Positions 37,573 through 48,201 of a stretch of 64,000 nucleotides of DNA are shown here, piece after piece. Below the pieces are notes generated by a model. The model searched no databases. It worked only from the letters and a program-made list of their open reading frames with translations, and was not told the origin of the DNA. Numbering within the stretch: the first letter of the stretch is position 1; every line of letters starts with the position of its first letter. The translations under genes were made by a program, and so were the position numbers. Source of the stretch: Phyllosticta citribraziliensis (taxonomy: Eukaryota); assembly GCF_038025025.1 (NCBI RefSeq), contig NW_027117338.1:1736001-1800000 (forward strand), given 5' to 3'.

Positions 37573-39511
37573 ATGTCGGGGGTCAAGACCGGGTGGTTTG
37601 CCCCCCATGGCATCCTCAGGCCCTTTCGACTGCTCCGCCAGGATTTGGCCAACCTGCCCAAGAGATATGCTTCGGATTGGTCCGTCTTCAATCAGCTTAT
37701 CATAGCAAGTGCCGTCTATGTCTTTTTCACCAACCTGCTTCCCGGAATCACTTTTGCCAGCGACTTGTACGAGCTCACGGGCGGCAACTGGGGCACGATA
37801 GAGGTTGTTTTCAGCACGGGACTATGTGGTGTCATATTTTCCCTGTACGTTTCACAGACTGGTATTCGAGTCTGTCGTTGACTGACTTCTTAGTTTCTCG
37901 ATCCAGCCTCTCACGATACTGGGCGTTACTGGACCGTTTTCGATTTTGGCTGAGAACATTTACTCTCTTTGCGAGTCTTCCTTTCACGTACGCATCCAAA
38001 ACTTCTGCGTCGACTCGACCTCTAATGGATCCAGATTCCATTCTTGCCCTTCATGGCATGGTCCTTGATCCATGCTGGGTGGATGCACTACCTGCTTGCC
38101 ATCTTTAATGCTCACGACTACACTATGCGCTACGTAACGACGTTCTCCACGGAGATTTTCTCACTGCTAAATAGCATCATCTACTTCCACAAGGCCATAC
38201 AGGAGCTTGAACGTGCTCATTCGCGCCTTTCCTTCGCCGCCTTCCTGTACTCGGTCATTGGGTGCATAGGGACCTGCTTGCTCGCCATCTTTCTCGCGTC
38301 GGCGGAGAGGTGGAAACCCCTATTCCACAGATATATCCGCATGGGATTGGCCGAGTACGCAGCGGCCATAAGCATCATCTTCTTCATCGCAATCCCCCAC
38401 GCCGGAGAGCTTGCCAGTCTGGACCGCGAAACGCTTCCAGTCAGCCACTCCTTCCGACCAACAGACCCTGACCGCTCCATCTTTTTCGTCAAGTTCTGGG
38501 AGTTGCCCGTGTCGTGGATTTTTGCGGCCCTCATCCCAGGCGCCATCATCACGACGCTCTTCTTCTTTGACCACGAAGTCAGCAGCATCATCTGCACGAT
38601 CCAGCGCTACGGGACCAGGAAGCCTGGGGGTTACGCTTTGGACATTGCCCTGCTGGGCACAACCACTGCGCTTTGCGGCATTCTGGGAATCCCCCCTGCG
38701 AACGGACTCTTGCCTCAGGCGCCGCTGCACTCGGAAAGCCTGATGCACGATGATGCGGAGAACATTCAAATCGCGGCCTCAGGAGGCAACGACACAATCA
38801 CCGAGGTCCGGTCGTCTCGTCGCGTCTACGAGCAGCGCTGGAGCCATTTCCTGCACGCGGCGGGCATCCTCGCCTTCGTCAGCCCGCCGCTGATGAAGGT
38901 GCTCGGCGTGACGCCGACGAGCGTGTTGGCCGGCCTCTTCCTCTTCATGGGCGAGCAGAGTCTCTCAGTCAAGTACGCCCACCAGGTCCTCCCCGTTGTG
39001 AAACATGTGTGCTAACACGATCCGTAGCCCTATCCTCCTCCGCACATTCTACATCCTAACGCCACCCTCCGAACTCCCGTCCCTCCCTCCTTCCATCAAA
39101 AGCTACGCTTCCGTGCACCTGTACACACTGGCGCAAATCGTCATCACTGTCATCATCTTCATCGTCACACTGACCAAAGCCGGCCCCGTCTTCCCCGTCA
39201 TCATCATCCTGCTCGTTCCCCTACGCCTGCTCGCCATGAACCGCATCTGGAGCTCGGAAACCCTGCGATATGTCGATGCCTGGGCGTGTCGAGATGGCAC
39301 GCCAGAAGACGATCGGGAGAGGCGCGAGCGCGCGAGGAAGCGCGCACATGAGGCCGTGGCGCTGGCGTTTGCGGAGGGGCGAGATGTCGAGTTGGGCAGT
39401 CTTGGTGGTGGTGCTGGAAGTGGTGCTGCTACTCATGTTGGTGAAGGCGGCGACACCGAGTCGATTGTGTTGAGGCCCGTCTCGCGCTCGAGTCGCAAGG
39501 AGAGCTCGTGA
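37573..39511 (+). CDS. SLC4/BOR1-family anion (borate/bicarbonate) transporter; exons 37573-37844, 37894-37987, 38035-38972, 39028-39511
   Basis: RYASDW, FTNLLPGITFA, QPLTILGVTGP, FSTEIF, LFFFDHEVS, GIPPANGLLPQAPLHSESL, EQRWSH, GLFLFMG..NP; three canonical introns. Confidence 0.92.
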
Positions 39512-39991
39512 GCGAATCCTAGTGCAGGCCTTTGCTGGCAAAACTCACTTTTTTGGATTAGATATTGTGAGGAGAGGCTAGACCGAAGTAGACCGCTGCT
39601 TTATTTTTTGCCCCCTAGGTAACTATGGTCTGAAGGAGCTGTACGTGTAAATGCCTGGACAAAGAGTACATTTTCCCGCGGAAAGAAAGAATTACACACG
39701 TGGAAAAGTAAATGTGGGACGTGCGGCGTCTTCGATAGATCACGTCTCGTCTCAAACAGCGAGGAGGACCAGCCAGTTATGTTACTTCTGATGCTCTGTT
39801 TTCATTTGCTTCTTGCCTTCTGTCTTTGATCCAGGTGAGTCTGGATCTAGTGAGCCACAAATGTTGCGCGGCAACTTTTGATCACAACTGTGAGGTGAAG
39901 ATAACAGACCCTTCCAGAGGCTCACCAGATGCCTCTCCCTCCAGCCCACTTCCCATGCGGGCACCTATTATGACATCAAACCCTCAATGAA

Positions 39992-42058
39992 CTACCATCT
40001 CCTCCTGCCAAACGTCTCCGGCGGCGGACCACCCATTCCTGTCTGCGGGCCCCATCCACGGTCCCTGCCCCGTCCACCGCCGCCACCACCGCCATACGGA
40101 CCTCCTGGGCCACCACCACCCCTATACCGAACAGCACCCCTGCCCCTAATCTGGCCAACTTCGGCGTCAGGTCCAGCATCAGTCAAGACATCGCCGTCGT
40201 CAAACGTGTAGCGGCGTTCGGCACCAGCGCCAGGGCGGTCGCTGGGCCGCCAGTTGCGGCTGGAGCAGCGGCGCAGCTCCTCGAGGCGGCGAGCAGCCAG
40301 GTCGTCCGCCACGGGGAGGAAGTACAGTTTGGGCTTGGCGGCCGTCGAACCGAAGAGCTTGTCAAGGGCTACGAAGGACTTTTCGGTCGCGGGGCCCGAC
40401 GGCGCCGCCGCCGCCGCCTTGCGGGTTGAGCTGGTGGGCGACTCTGGCGGTGGAAGTCTTCCGGCTCCGCCGCGTGGTGGCGATGCTGTTCCCGCAGGTT
40501 CGCGTGGCGGCGGCGGCTGCTGCAGTGATGATGGCGCGCCGACTTCGCGGTGCGAGGCGAGCACGCCGCCGTCAACGTCGGCAGGTTCATAGACGACTTC
40601 CCAGCGCTTGCCCATGCGGCTGGAGCCACCGCTCTCGCGTTCCTCGCGCTCAATCCATTCGCTGACTTTGTCGTCTGGGACGAAATCGGCCCAGAGGGGT
40701 TTGCGAGTGCGCTCGGGCGGCCATACGGCTTCGTGTAGTGAGCTGCGCACGCGGGCGGCTGCAGTGATGGAGTCGAAGAGGGCTAGCACATGTGTCCGTA
40801 TGGGGTCGAGATGGAAGAGCTCCAAGACTTGGGGGTCCGGAGAGGAAGACGAGGGCGGCGAGGCAATGGAGATCAAGTGGTTCTTGAGCAAAGCGGGTTG
40901 TAGTGGGCGCATGAAGTCGCGAATATAGAGGCCGCGGGTTGCAGGATGAAGAGCAGGTGAAATTGCCCGGTCGTCATCTTCAACAGCCTCTGGCAGTGCC
41001 GAGGGCCTAGAAATGGGTTCTCCCGCTGGAGGAAATAACGATTGGTAACGGGTCTCTCTGTGAGGCTTTGGAGATGCCGAACGTTGCCGAGGAGTCTCTT
41101 CTTGACTGGCCACCTCGTGTTTGTTTTCGCCGTCGTCGTGAGCACGCTCGATTCTCTCGACTGCTGACTGGTCAGTCGCCTCCCGCTTCTTTGAGTCGTC
41201 TGGTTCGGCGGATGCAGTCTCTTTCGGCTCTCCCTCATCCCGTAAGTTGGAAGCTTCTCCAGTGGCTTCCGGATTCTCAGTAGACGACGTTCGCTCGTCG
41301 CCAAGGCCCGCGGGAGCGGCATCTTGCATATCCACCTCAGGCACGGAACCATCCTCTTTTAGGTGCACCCCAGGGACATGCTCTTCGTCCAGTCTCAACC
41401 TTTTTCTTGTAGTTTCAACGTCGATTGGTGGTGAGACGCTCCGTCTCTTTCTTGTCTTAGACTCCTCCTTCGGCAAATCAGACGATGCGACTGGAGGCGA
41501 TTCCTTAGTCGCGAGGGACGCTTGATCTTCGGCTTGGCGTGATGTTTCAAGCTTTGGCGAAAGCGACTGCTGGGTAGGCGGCTCTGCCGACGGCGGCGCC
41601 TCTTGCGACTCTTCCTCTGCTTCTGGCGCCTCAACAGCCTCTGGTGCATTGGTTTCCGCAGACGCCGTGGGTTGGTCGTCTTTGCCATCACTTGCCGGAT
41701 CAGCAGCCTTGTCGTCAGTCGCCCCGTCCAGCGCGTCCAGCGATGTCTGATTTGGTGTCCTTTCGCCGTCCGTCCGCGGCGCTACATCGCCGTCCTCACT
41801 TTTACGGAGGGTCTCTTCATCGCGGGCGGTATCAGGCGCGGGATGGTTCTCGGGAGACGCTTCATGCGCCTCGGGCTCCGCATCGTCGTTGTCGTCCAGT
41901 TGCGCATCAGCTTCGGGGGTTGCGCTCGCGTTCTCAGAGTCGTCTCGCTCAAGCCGCTCGATTAGTTGAGCTTTGCGCGTTAGGCCCGTCAACGCGATGC
42001 TACGGGTCTTGAGAAGCGCCTTTAGGTTGTTAACCGTTAGCTTGCTGTAGTCGACCAT
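39992..42058 (-). CDS. SAP-domain, Acinus-like splicing-associated protein
   Basis: N-terminal SAP (YSKLTVNNLKALLKTRSIALTGLTRKAQLIERL), acidic linker, RRM-like region (LYIRDFMRPL..VWPPE..LWADFV), RSB-like LDKLFGSTAAKPKLYFLPV, RGG tail. Confidence 0.85.
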   Translation of the reverse strand: MVDYSKLTVNNLKALLKTRSIALTGLTRKAQLIERLERDDSENASATPEADAQLDDNDDAEPEAHEASPENHPAPDTARDEETLRKSEDGDVAPRTDGERTPNQTSLDALDGATDDKAADPASDGKDDQPTASAETNAPEAVEAPEAEEESQEAPPSAEPPTQQSLSPKLETSRQAEDQASLATKESPPVASSDLPKEESKTRKRRSVSPPIDVETTRKRLRLDEEHVPGVHLKEDGSVPEVDMQDAAPAGLGDERTSSTENPEATGEASNLRDEGEPKETASAEPDDSKKREATDQSAVERIERAHDDGENKHEVASQEETPRQRSASPKPHRETRYQSLFPPAGEPISRPSALPEAVEDDDRAISPALHPATRGLYIRDFMRPLQPALLKNHLISIASPPSSSSPDPQVLELFHLDPIRTHVLALFDSITAAARVRSSLHEAVWPPERTRKPLWADFVPDDKVSEWIEREERESGGSSRMGKRWEVVYEPADVDGGVLASHREVGAPSSLQQPPPPREPAGTASPPRGGAGRLPPPESPTSSTRKAAAAAPSGPATEKSFVALDKLFGSTAAKPKLYFLPVADDLAARRLEELRRCSSRNWRPSDRPGAGAERRYTFDDGDVLTDAGPDAEVGQIRGRGAVRYRGGGGPGGPYGGGGGGGRGRDRGWGPQTGMGGPPPETFGRRRW

Positions 42059-43104
42059 GACGTGTTTACGCGACGGGGCGTGGTCCAGAGGTACAGCAGC
42101 GACGTCGGCGAATTGAGATGAGAGTGGTAAGGCGCAATTCCGAAAAGACGCGTCGGGCGCATGTACCGAAAGAGGGCTCTGCCGTGGACGCAAAGGTCAC
42201 GCGTTGAATTGTGTTGAGTGATGATTCCGTGCGGTAAGTGTGGAATCCGAATGGCCGGAAGGACTGGGCTGGGCGCGGGTGTAAAGGTGCGGATGCGACG
42301 TGAAGCTGCGAGACCTGGGGGTAGATTGGACGAGCGCTGGAGCTGCAGGTGCCGTCGGACCCGAATCGCTCCATCCAGCCGAGTGCTCCCATTGGCCAGC
42401 CCTACTTTCGAAAACGCCACCGTTTGAGAGCATCGAAGCGCCGCTTTTGGACAACGAAGGGTCTAGTTAACACAGGAACATTCTCCAAACTAGGCGATTG
42501 TTGCACCCTTAGCTACATGCAGTCTCGAATTTCAAGCTCACGGCAGCCCCTTTGAGCACTCGCAAATCATCGGTCGGAACAAACGGCAAACGCAGTGTCG
42601 ATTGCGCGCTTCTCTGATCCTGCCAAACCCTATACTTTTGATGCCCGCGAACAGGACACTTGAGACGGGAGATCTGCTTGGCCAGTGTTGAAAATTCCGA
42701 TACGGACTCGGCCGCTGTATGGTAGCAGGAAGCTGGACGTGGAGCCTCCCAATTTCGTTGTACGAAACCCAGCGCCACAGCGGCCACCTAGCTACGTCCC
42801 TGTCGCCAGCAAACGGCTCAGCCTCGTGAACTTGATTGCGAGCGTTAACCCCGAGCCTGATGGCTATATGAGCGATCGACTTGTCATAAGCCAAGAATAG
42901 GAAAGGGGGACGTAGGGTGCTGCGGCTGTTGATCACAATCGATACTAGGAGAACCAGCTGCATGGTCAAGAAATTTTTTGCTCTTCTCTAGAGCACGAGG
43001 GACAGAGCATATCCAGAAGTAAGAACGACATCGTCAAGTAGCTTGAGCTTTCGCATCCCGCCTGGACCTCTCGATGCCTTTCATTCTCCCACCAAGGCAA
43101 GGAG

Positions 43105-43105
<1 letters not shown>

Positions 43106-43144
<39 letters not shown>
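43106..43144 (+). repeat. Poly-C homopolymer (39 nt as given)
   Basis: Direct count of an uninterrupted C run. Confidence 0.95.
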
Positions 43145-43416
43145 ACTCGCAGATCCGAGCCTCTTCGCTTTCTTTCTCCTCCTCTGCGGGATATCAAACC
43201 ATCTTTCCCTTTTCCTCCCATAGCCCCTCCCAACTCGCTGTGAAACACGTGGACACCCAACAGTGAATTCCATCCCGCAATGCTCGCCGTGAAAACATGA
43301 AGGAAACCCAATCCTCCTTACGCCAGTAGTGCCCAAAAGACCAGTAGCAACAAAAATCCTTCAAATTGAACGTGTGTGAACGCCAAAGACGCCGAATGTG
43401 ATGATACTCCCCGATG

Positions 43417-45218
43417 CTAGACAAAATTCGTCGGCCGCTGTGCTTGGGATCCAGTCAGCAAATGCTGATTGTCGCCATTCCCTGGCCGCGGTGGCGTGTA
43501 TCCGTGGTATGCCGTGTCGCTATCGGAGCGGTCCCGCGCAGCCATGTAGTCGTTATTTTGAACTCTGCCCCGTCTCTCATCCGGATGCTCGTGGACTGGG
43601 CTGCTTTGCTCGGAATCCAAATTCAAGCTACTCCTGCGGTCGAATTCATCGTCCATGGTCGCAACATGATCATCACGTGCGCGTGCGTAGGTTTGCGGTT
43701 GATCGGACATTTCCACGGAAGAAGGAGAAGCAGCTCCTTGGAGTCTGACCGAGTACGAGCGGTCCATGTGACGGTGCCTAACACCGACAAAGAGCCATCG
43801 AGTCCCACGTGCGGTGGCCTTGATGATATCCCAAGGATTGAACGCATCCACGATCGCCATGGTTCCCAGACATCCACCGTAGTAGCGCTTCTTCTTTTTC
43901 TCCTTCTTGCCCGGGATCTCTGAGGGATCATCGAATGGTGATGGTTCCGGCTTCGTCTTTGCCACCTTGTACGGCTTGTACGGAAACGCAAAAAGATGCA
44001 GAACGGCGAAAAAGGCCATTTCGAAGCAGATGAGAACGTTCGGTAGGCCGACAGAAATGTCTGCAGCAGCAAGATATTTCGAAGTCTTGAGGACGCCGTT
44101 GCTGGTCAAAAAGTCGATGAGAGTCGACTGCCAGAAACAAAAGAAAATCACGAGCTTGATGCACAGGACTTTGAGGAATGGCGAGTACTGGGCCAGGTCC
44201 TGCTTCAGTTGAATGTAAAACTGAATCAGGCAGTACATGGCGATTGTGACTGCGATGGATTCGATTATGAGAGACCAAATGTGGACGTAGGCGGGTGAGA
44301 GCGAATCCTCGCAGAGCATGTCTTCTTTCTCCGCGATGACGGATATAATGGTGAACAACACGCGAATAAAGCAGTATTGGAAGACGGAGATCCAGATGAT
44401 CTGACAGAGAAAATTAGCCACTGCATGCGAGTTTGTAGAGCGAAGACCAGAGTAAATGTTGAGACAGGGAAGCTCACGTTGAACCAAGTCAGTCCGCTCC
44501 TCGGCTTTCGCAACCAGCCCTTGTCTTGCCCGCCGGAGCACTTTTGGGCCCAGGTCATCGGCCACACCCAATTCTTTGGCTCCACATTTCGGAAATATTC
44601 CTTTTGTTCGTGTAGCGTCGGGGCAATATAGTGGCAGAGTAGGGTAAAGAAACTCGAAATGGCAAAGGCCTCGTAGCAGTCACGGATGACTTCGAAGTAG
44701 ATGTGGTTCGTGTAGTAATGTATTGAAAGAAGGGAAACGGCGGCGTAAATGGGTATCATGAGCAGGATGCGAATGATTCTGTTGCCATCTTGTCAGCTCG
44801 TTCGTAGTGTCATCGGTATCGTGAGACAAGACAAATGTCTCAGGTAGGTATATGTGCCCTGCTTCATGTTCTGCGCGGATAGCAGACAAAGGCAAGCGAC
44901 GACGAAAGACGTGGGTCGACGTGGTGAGGGTTATACGAAGGGCGGGGTTGTCGCCTGGCGCTTACGTACTGTTTCTGCTCCCAAGGTCGCGAGTAGTGGG
45001 TGGCATGTTCGAAGATGAGGACGAGGGAGATGATGACGGCAATGGCCGTGAAGACGAAGCCAATGATTCTAGAGGGGTCAGCGAAGCAGGCCAAGGCGAG
45101 GGAGGTGGCAGACGACTTACTGGGCGATGGTATGAAAGGTGACGCCGAAGTCTGTGCCGGACAGCTTCCAGACGTCCTCTTCCTCGATCTGGCTCACGTC
45201 GTCGGAGCACTTCTTCAT
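43417..45218 (-). CDS. TMEM184/OSTalpha (DUF300) membrane protein; exons 45218-45121, 45068-44970, 44778-44478, 44400-43417
   Basis: HATHYSRPWEQKQIIRILLMIPIYA, RDCYEAFAISSFF, FLKVLCIKLVIFFCFWQ, ICFEM, AFPYKPY, DAFNPWD; three canonical introns. Confidence 0.92.
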
Positions 45219-45330
45219 GGCGGCTAAGGAGTGGACGTTGGTCGGAGGCACGCAGCGCAGAAGTTGAGGACTGGGCGGGCCTTGTTCTCATATGGCTGAC
45301 GACGTTTCCCCAGATTGGCTGCGAGTAGGT

Positions 45331-45354
45331 GGGTAGGGTAGGGTAGGGTAGGGT
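45331..45354 (+). repeat. (GGGTA)n pentanucleotide repeat, five G3 tracts
   Basis: GGGTAGGGTAGGGTAGGGTAGGGT read directly. Confidence 0.9.
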
Positions 45355-45823
45355 TGGTTGGTGCGGTAAATAGGGGGCCCTTGAATCTTTTAGGTGCTTC
45401 CTTGGGGTGTGGAAAAGCCTTGCAGCAAGCCCCCGAGGGCAGGGCGCAGCATTGCGAAAGGAATGCCCGCGGCGTTTGTCAGACGGGCGGCATTCCAAAC
45501 ATAGTCACATGGGACTGGGAGAAGAGCGTTTCCTATTCCTGCGCAGATTGGATTGGATTCGCGCTGCGCGTTCGGTTCTGTATCCACCTTGTCTGACAGT
45601 GGGTCTGCGTCTGCCCTAGAGTACATGACCGGCCGCCACAGCGTCGAAGGCGCAGCACTTGGGTGACCTACAGCACAGGGCCACGGGCACTGACAACTGA
45701 CGTGGCTACGGCGTTGCACCGACTTGACGATGTCGCAAAATTCTCTACTGAACCCTGTACGAAACACGCGCCCATTGAGCATTGCGCTGCCAAGTCGGCT
45801 GTTGCAGTTTTAGGCCCCGCTGC

Positions 45824-47535
45824 TCAGCTTCCCTGTCCCCCTGCTTTTGCCCGAGCCGGGCTCACGTCCACGCTTCCCGGTCCATCACCGCCGCCCTCTC
45901 TGCTACCCGCAGAGCCGCCCGCCGCCGCCGCTCCTCTCTCGCGCCTACCTCGCGCTCCGGCCTTGAGCACCTCCCATTTCTCCCTGTATCGCCCAAGCAC
46001 ACCCAGCAGCTTTTCATTCTCGCGCACCAGCTTGTCGTTCTCCCGTTCTTGGAGCTCCTTCTCGCGCGCCAAGCTTTCGACCAAGACTTCTAGCTCCCGC
46101 AAGCGATGCTCCATGTTGGTTTGGGCCGCCGCGGCCCCCGGAGTCTGAGGCTCGCTGTTTGCTGCCGACGATGATGCTGCCGGCCGGTGTGCCCGGAAGC
46201 TTTGCGCGAGCGCTAGAGATTGAGATTGCGAGGATGCCTCCCACATGTGAAGCCGCTTGCTCAACTTGTCAAGCAACTGGCGCATCATGGTGTTTTCCAG
46301 ATCCAGTTCTTCCATCGTCTTCCGCGACCCTCCTGACCCACCGCCCTTGCCATAGTGCTCCGCTGCCGCCACGGTCCCGGCAGAGCCAGGTCGCGCTCGC
46401 CTTCCAGAGCGTGTCATGTTCGGCGAAGGCGGCGCCGGCTCCTCATATGCATCCACAAACTCATCGGCGTCAAATGACCGCTCTTCCTCCTCTTCCTCAA
46501 TAATCGGCGAGGGTACCCCTCCGTGAGTTTGGTTGCCATTATGGTTGAGGATGCCGGCGTAGGAAACGGTGCCTCCAGTAGTTGGCACAACGATAAAGCT
46601 TTCCCCTCCGCTAGGAGCCGAGTCCAGAGCTCGTAGCGTCGCTTGCGAGAAGAGGGCTCCGACGTTGGGGTTCGAGTCTGCGCGAACGCTCGTGCTTGGA
46701 ACCGCTTGCTTAGGCGAGGGCTTTGGCGCCGGCTTTTGGGATGGCGGTGGGGGCTGGCTTTGCTCGTCATTGATTAGAGGCAGGCCCGTAAAAGCCAGGG
46801 GTGCTGACAAGGCAGAGTAGAAGGTTTCAAAGGTGGAGAAAAATCGTTTGAATCCCTCGTCAGAACTTGGCTTTGCCGGGGGCGATACGGCCTCTTTTTC
46901 CGACGTGACATGAGTGGCTTCTCCAGATTCCTTGGAAGTCTTGGCCGTCTGTTGTTGTCCATCTTTCCTCATGTCTTGGGGCAGAGCCCTGTCGGCTCGG
47001 CCTAGAATCCTCCCGTCCACATGTTGCGCAGATACAGCCGGAGCGGCGGGACGGCGGGAACCTGGAATGCCGCGCGCAGAGGCGAGGTTGCTAGCTATCG
47101 AGGACGAAAGATCCCGGGGCGGCTTTCGTCGGGGCGCGCTCCTTGGGGGCGATTGCGGAGCTCGTTTAGGCGAGGTTGGACGTGTCGAGGGAGCGGAAGG
47201 TGTCGTTTCGGGGGATTGTGGAGAGGTTGATGGTGGCTCAGTGTGCGTCGGGGATGTCGTCGAGCTGCACTTGATGATTGTCGCCAGACGGTGATGATGG
47301 CTCTCCAGCAGCTTCAGTATGCGGAGTGCCTCAGCATCGCCGGTTCCCTGCGAGGCTTTGGCGAACTCTCCGGCGGCCTGTTGGTGTTCGTCGCTGGCTT
47401 GGGAAGAATTCGCCTTCCAGGTTTCGGCGGACGCGTTGCGCGCATGAGCGTGCGCCTAGCCGACGTTAGCAACGAGTGGCAGAAGTGAGGCGTCAGACAG
47501 AATGACCCCACCAGAGTCAAGGGCGCCGTTTCCAT
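45824..47535 (-). CDS. Probable Atg38/NRBF2 homolog (N-terminal MIT-like domain, C-terminal coiled coil); exons 47535-47512, 47455-45824
   Basis: Intron 47511-47456 (GT..GCTAAC..TAG) gives METAPLTLAHAHARNA..EHQQAAGEF..EALRILKLLESHH; tail ENEKLLGVLGRYREKWEVLKAGARGRR. The gene is well supported; orthology is inferred. Confidence 0.7.
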
Positions 47536-48201
47536 TGCGGCGACACGGGTTGTGAAGGGAGATGTCTGTCGGCGGCGAGGAGCAAGAGCTAAACCCGGGT
47601 TGCGGTGTTGAGCCACGCCCGCGTGTGACCTAACGACAGTATGCCGAGACCGGGGCCGCACCGCAGTCACTTAGCTGGGGACAAGGAAAGGTCAAGGTTC
47701 ATTGACCAAGTCTCAGCTTCACCTTCGGTACAGAACAGCCCAAAGCGACGCCCAACTGTGGCGCCAGGTACATGTCAAAGGGCCACGACTTGTTTGGGAA
47801 GACACGGGGGTAGCGATTGCTGCCCGGGTCCTGCAGTGGTTCCTTCCTTGGCTCGGGCAATGACGTTGGTGTCAATGTATTGGGAACTGCCAGCAACAAG
47901 AAGAGAACAAGATGCGCCGCGTCTTTCCTCGCCTCGCAAGTGAAGCAGATATATTGCAACCATCTTGTCTCAGGGCCTCTTCTCCAACACACACTATCCG
48001 AGCAATTCCACGCCTTACCTGTACGCACGACATGGCCGCAAGAGGCGCCTCTTCCAGCTTGAATTCCAGCGCCACTCCGAACGCCGCACACCTGGGGAAC
48101 AATCCAAAGTAGACAGTCACCTGCGCAGCTGGGCAAACGACGGGGTCGATTGCTTAAAATCCTCTGGTTGTCAGTGGGCGGTGCCGCAACGCAACGTTCC
48201 C

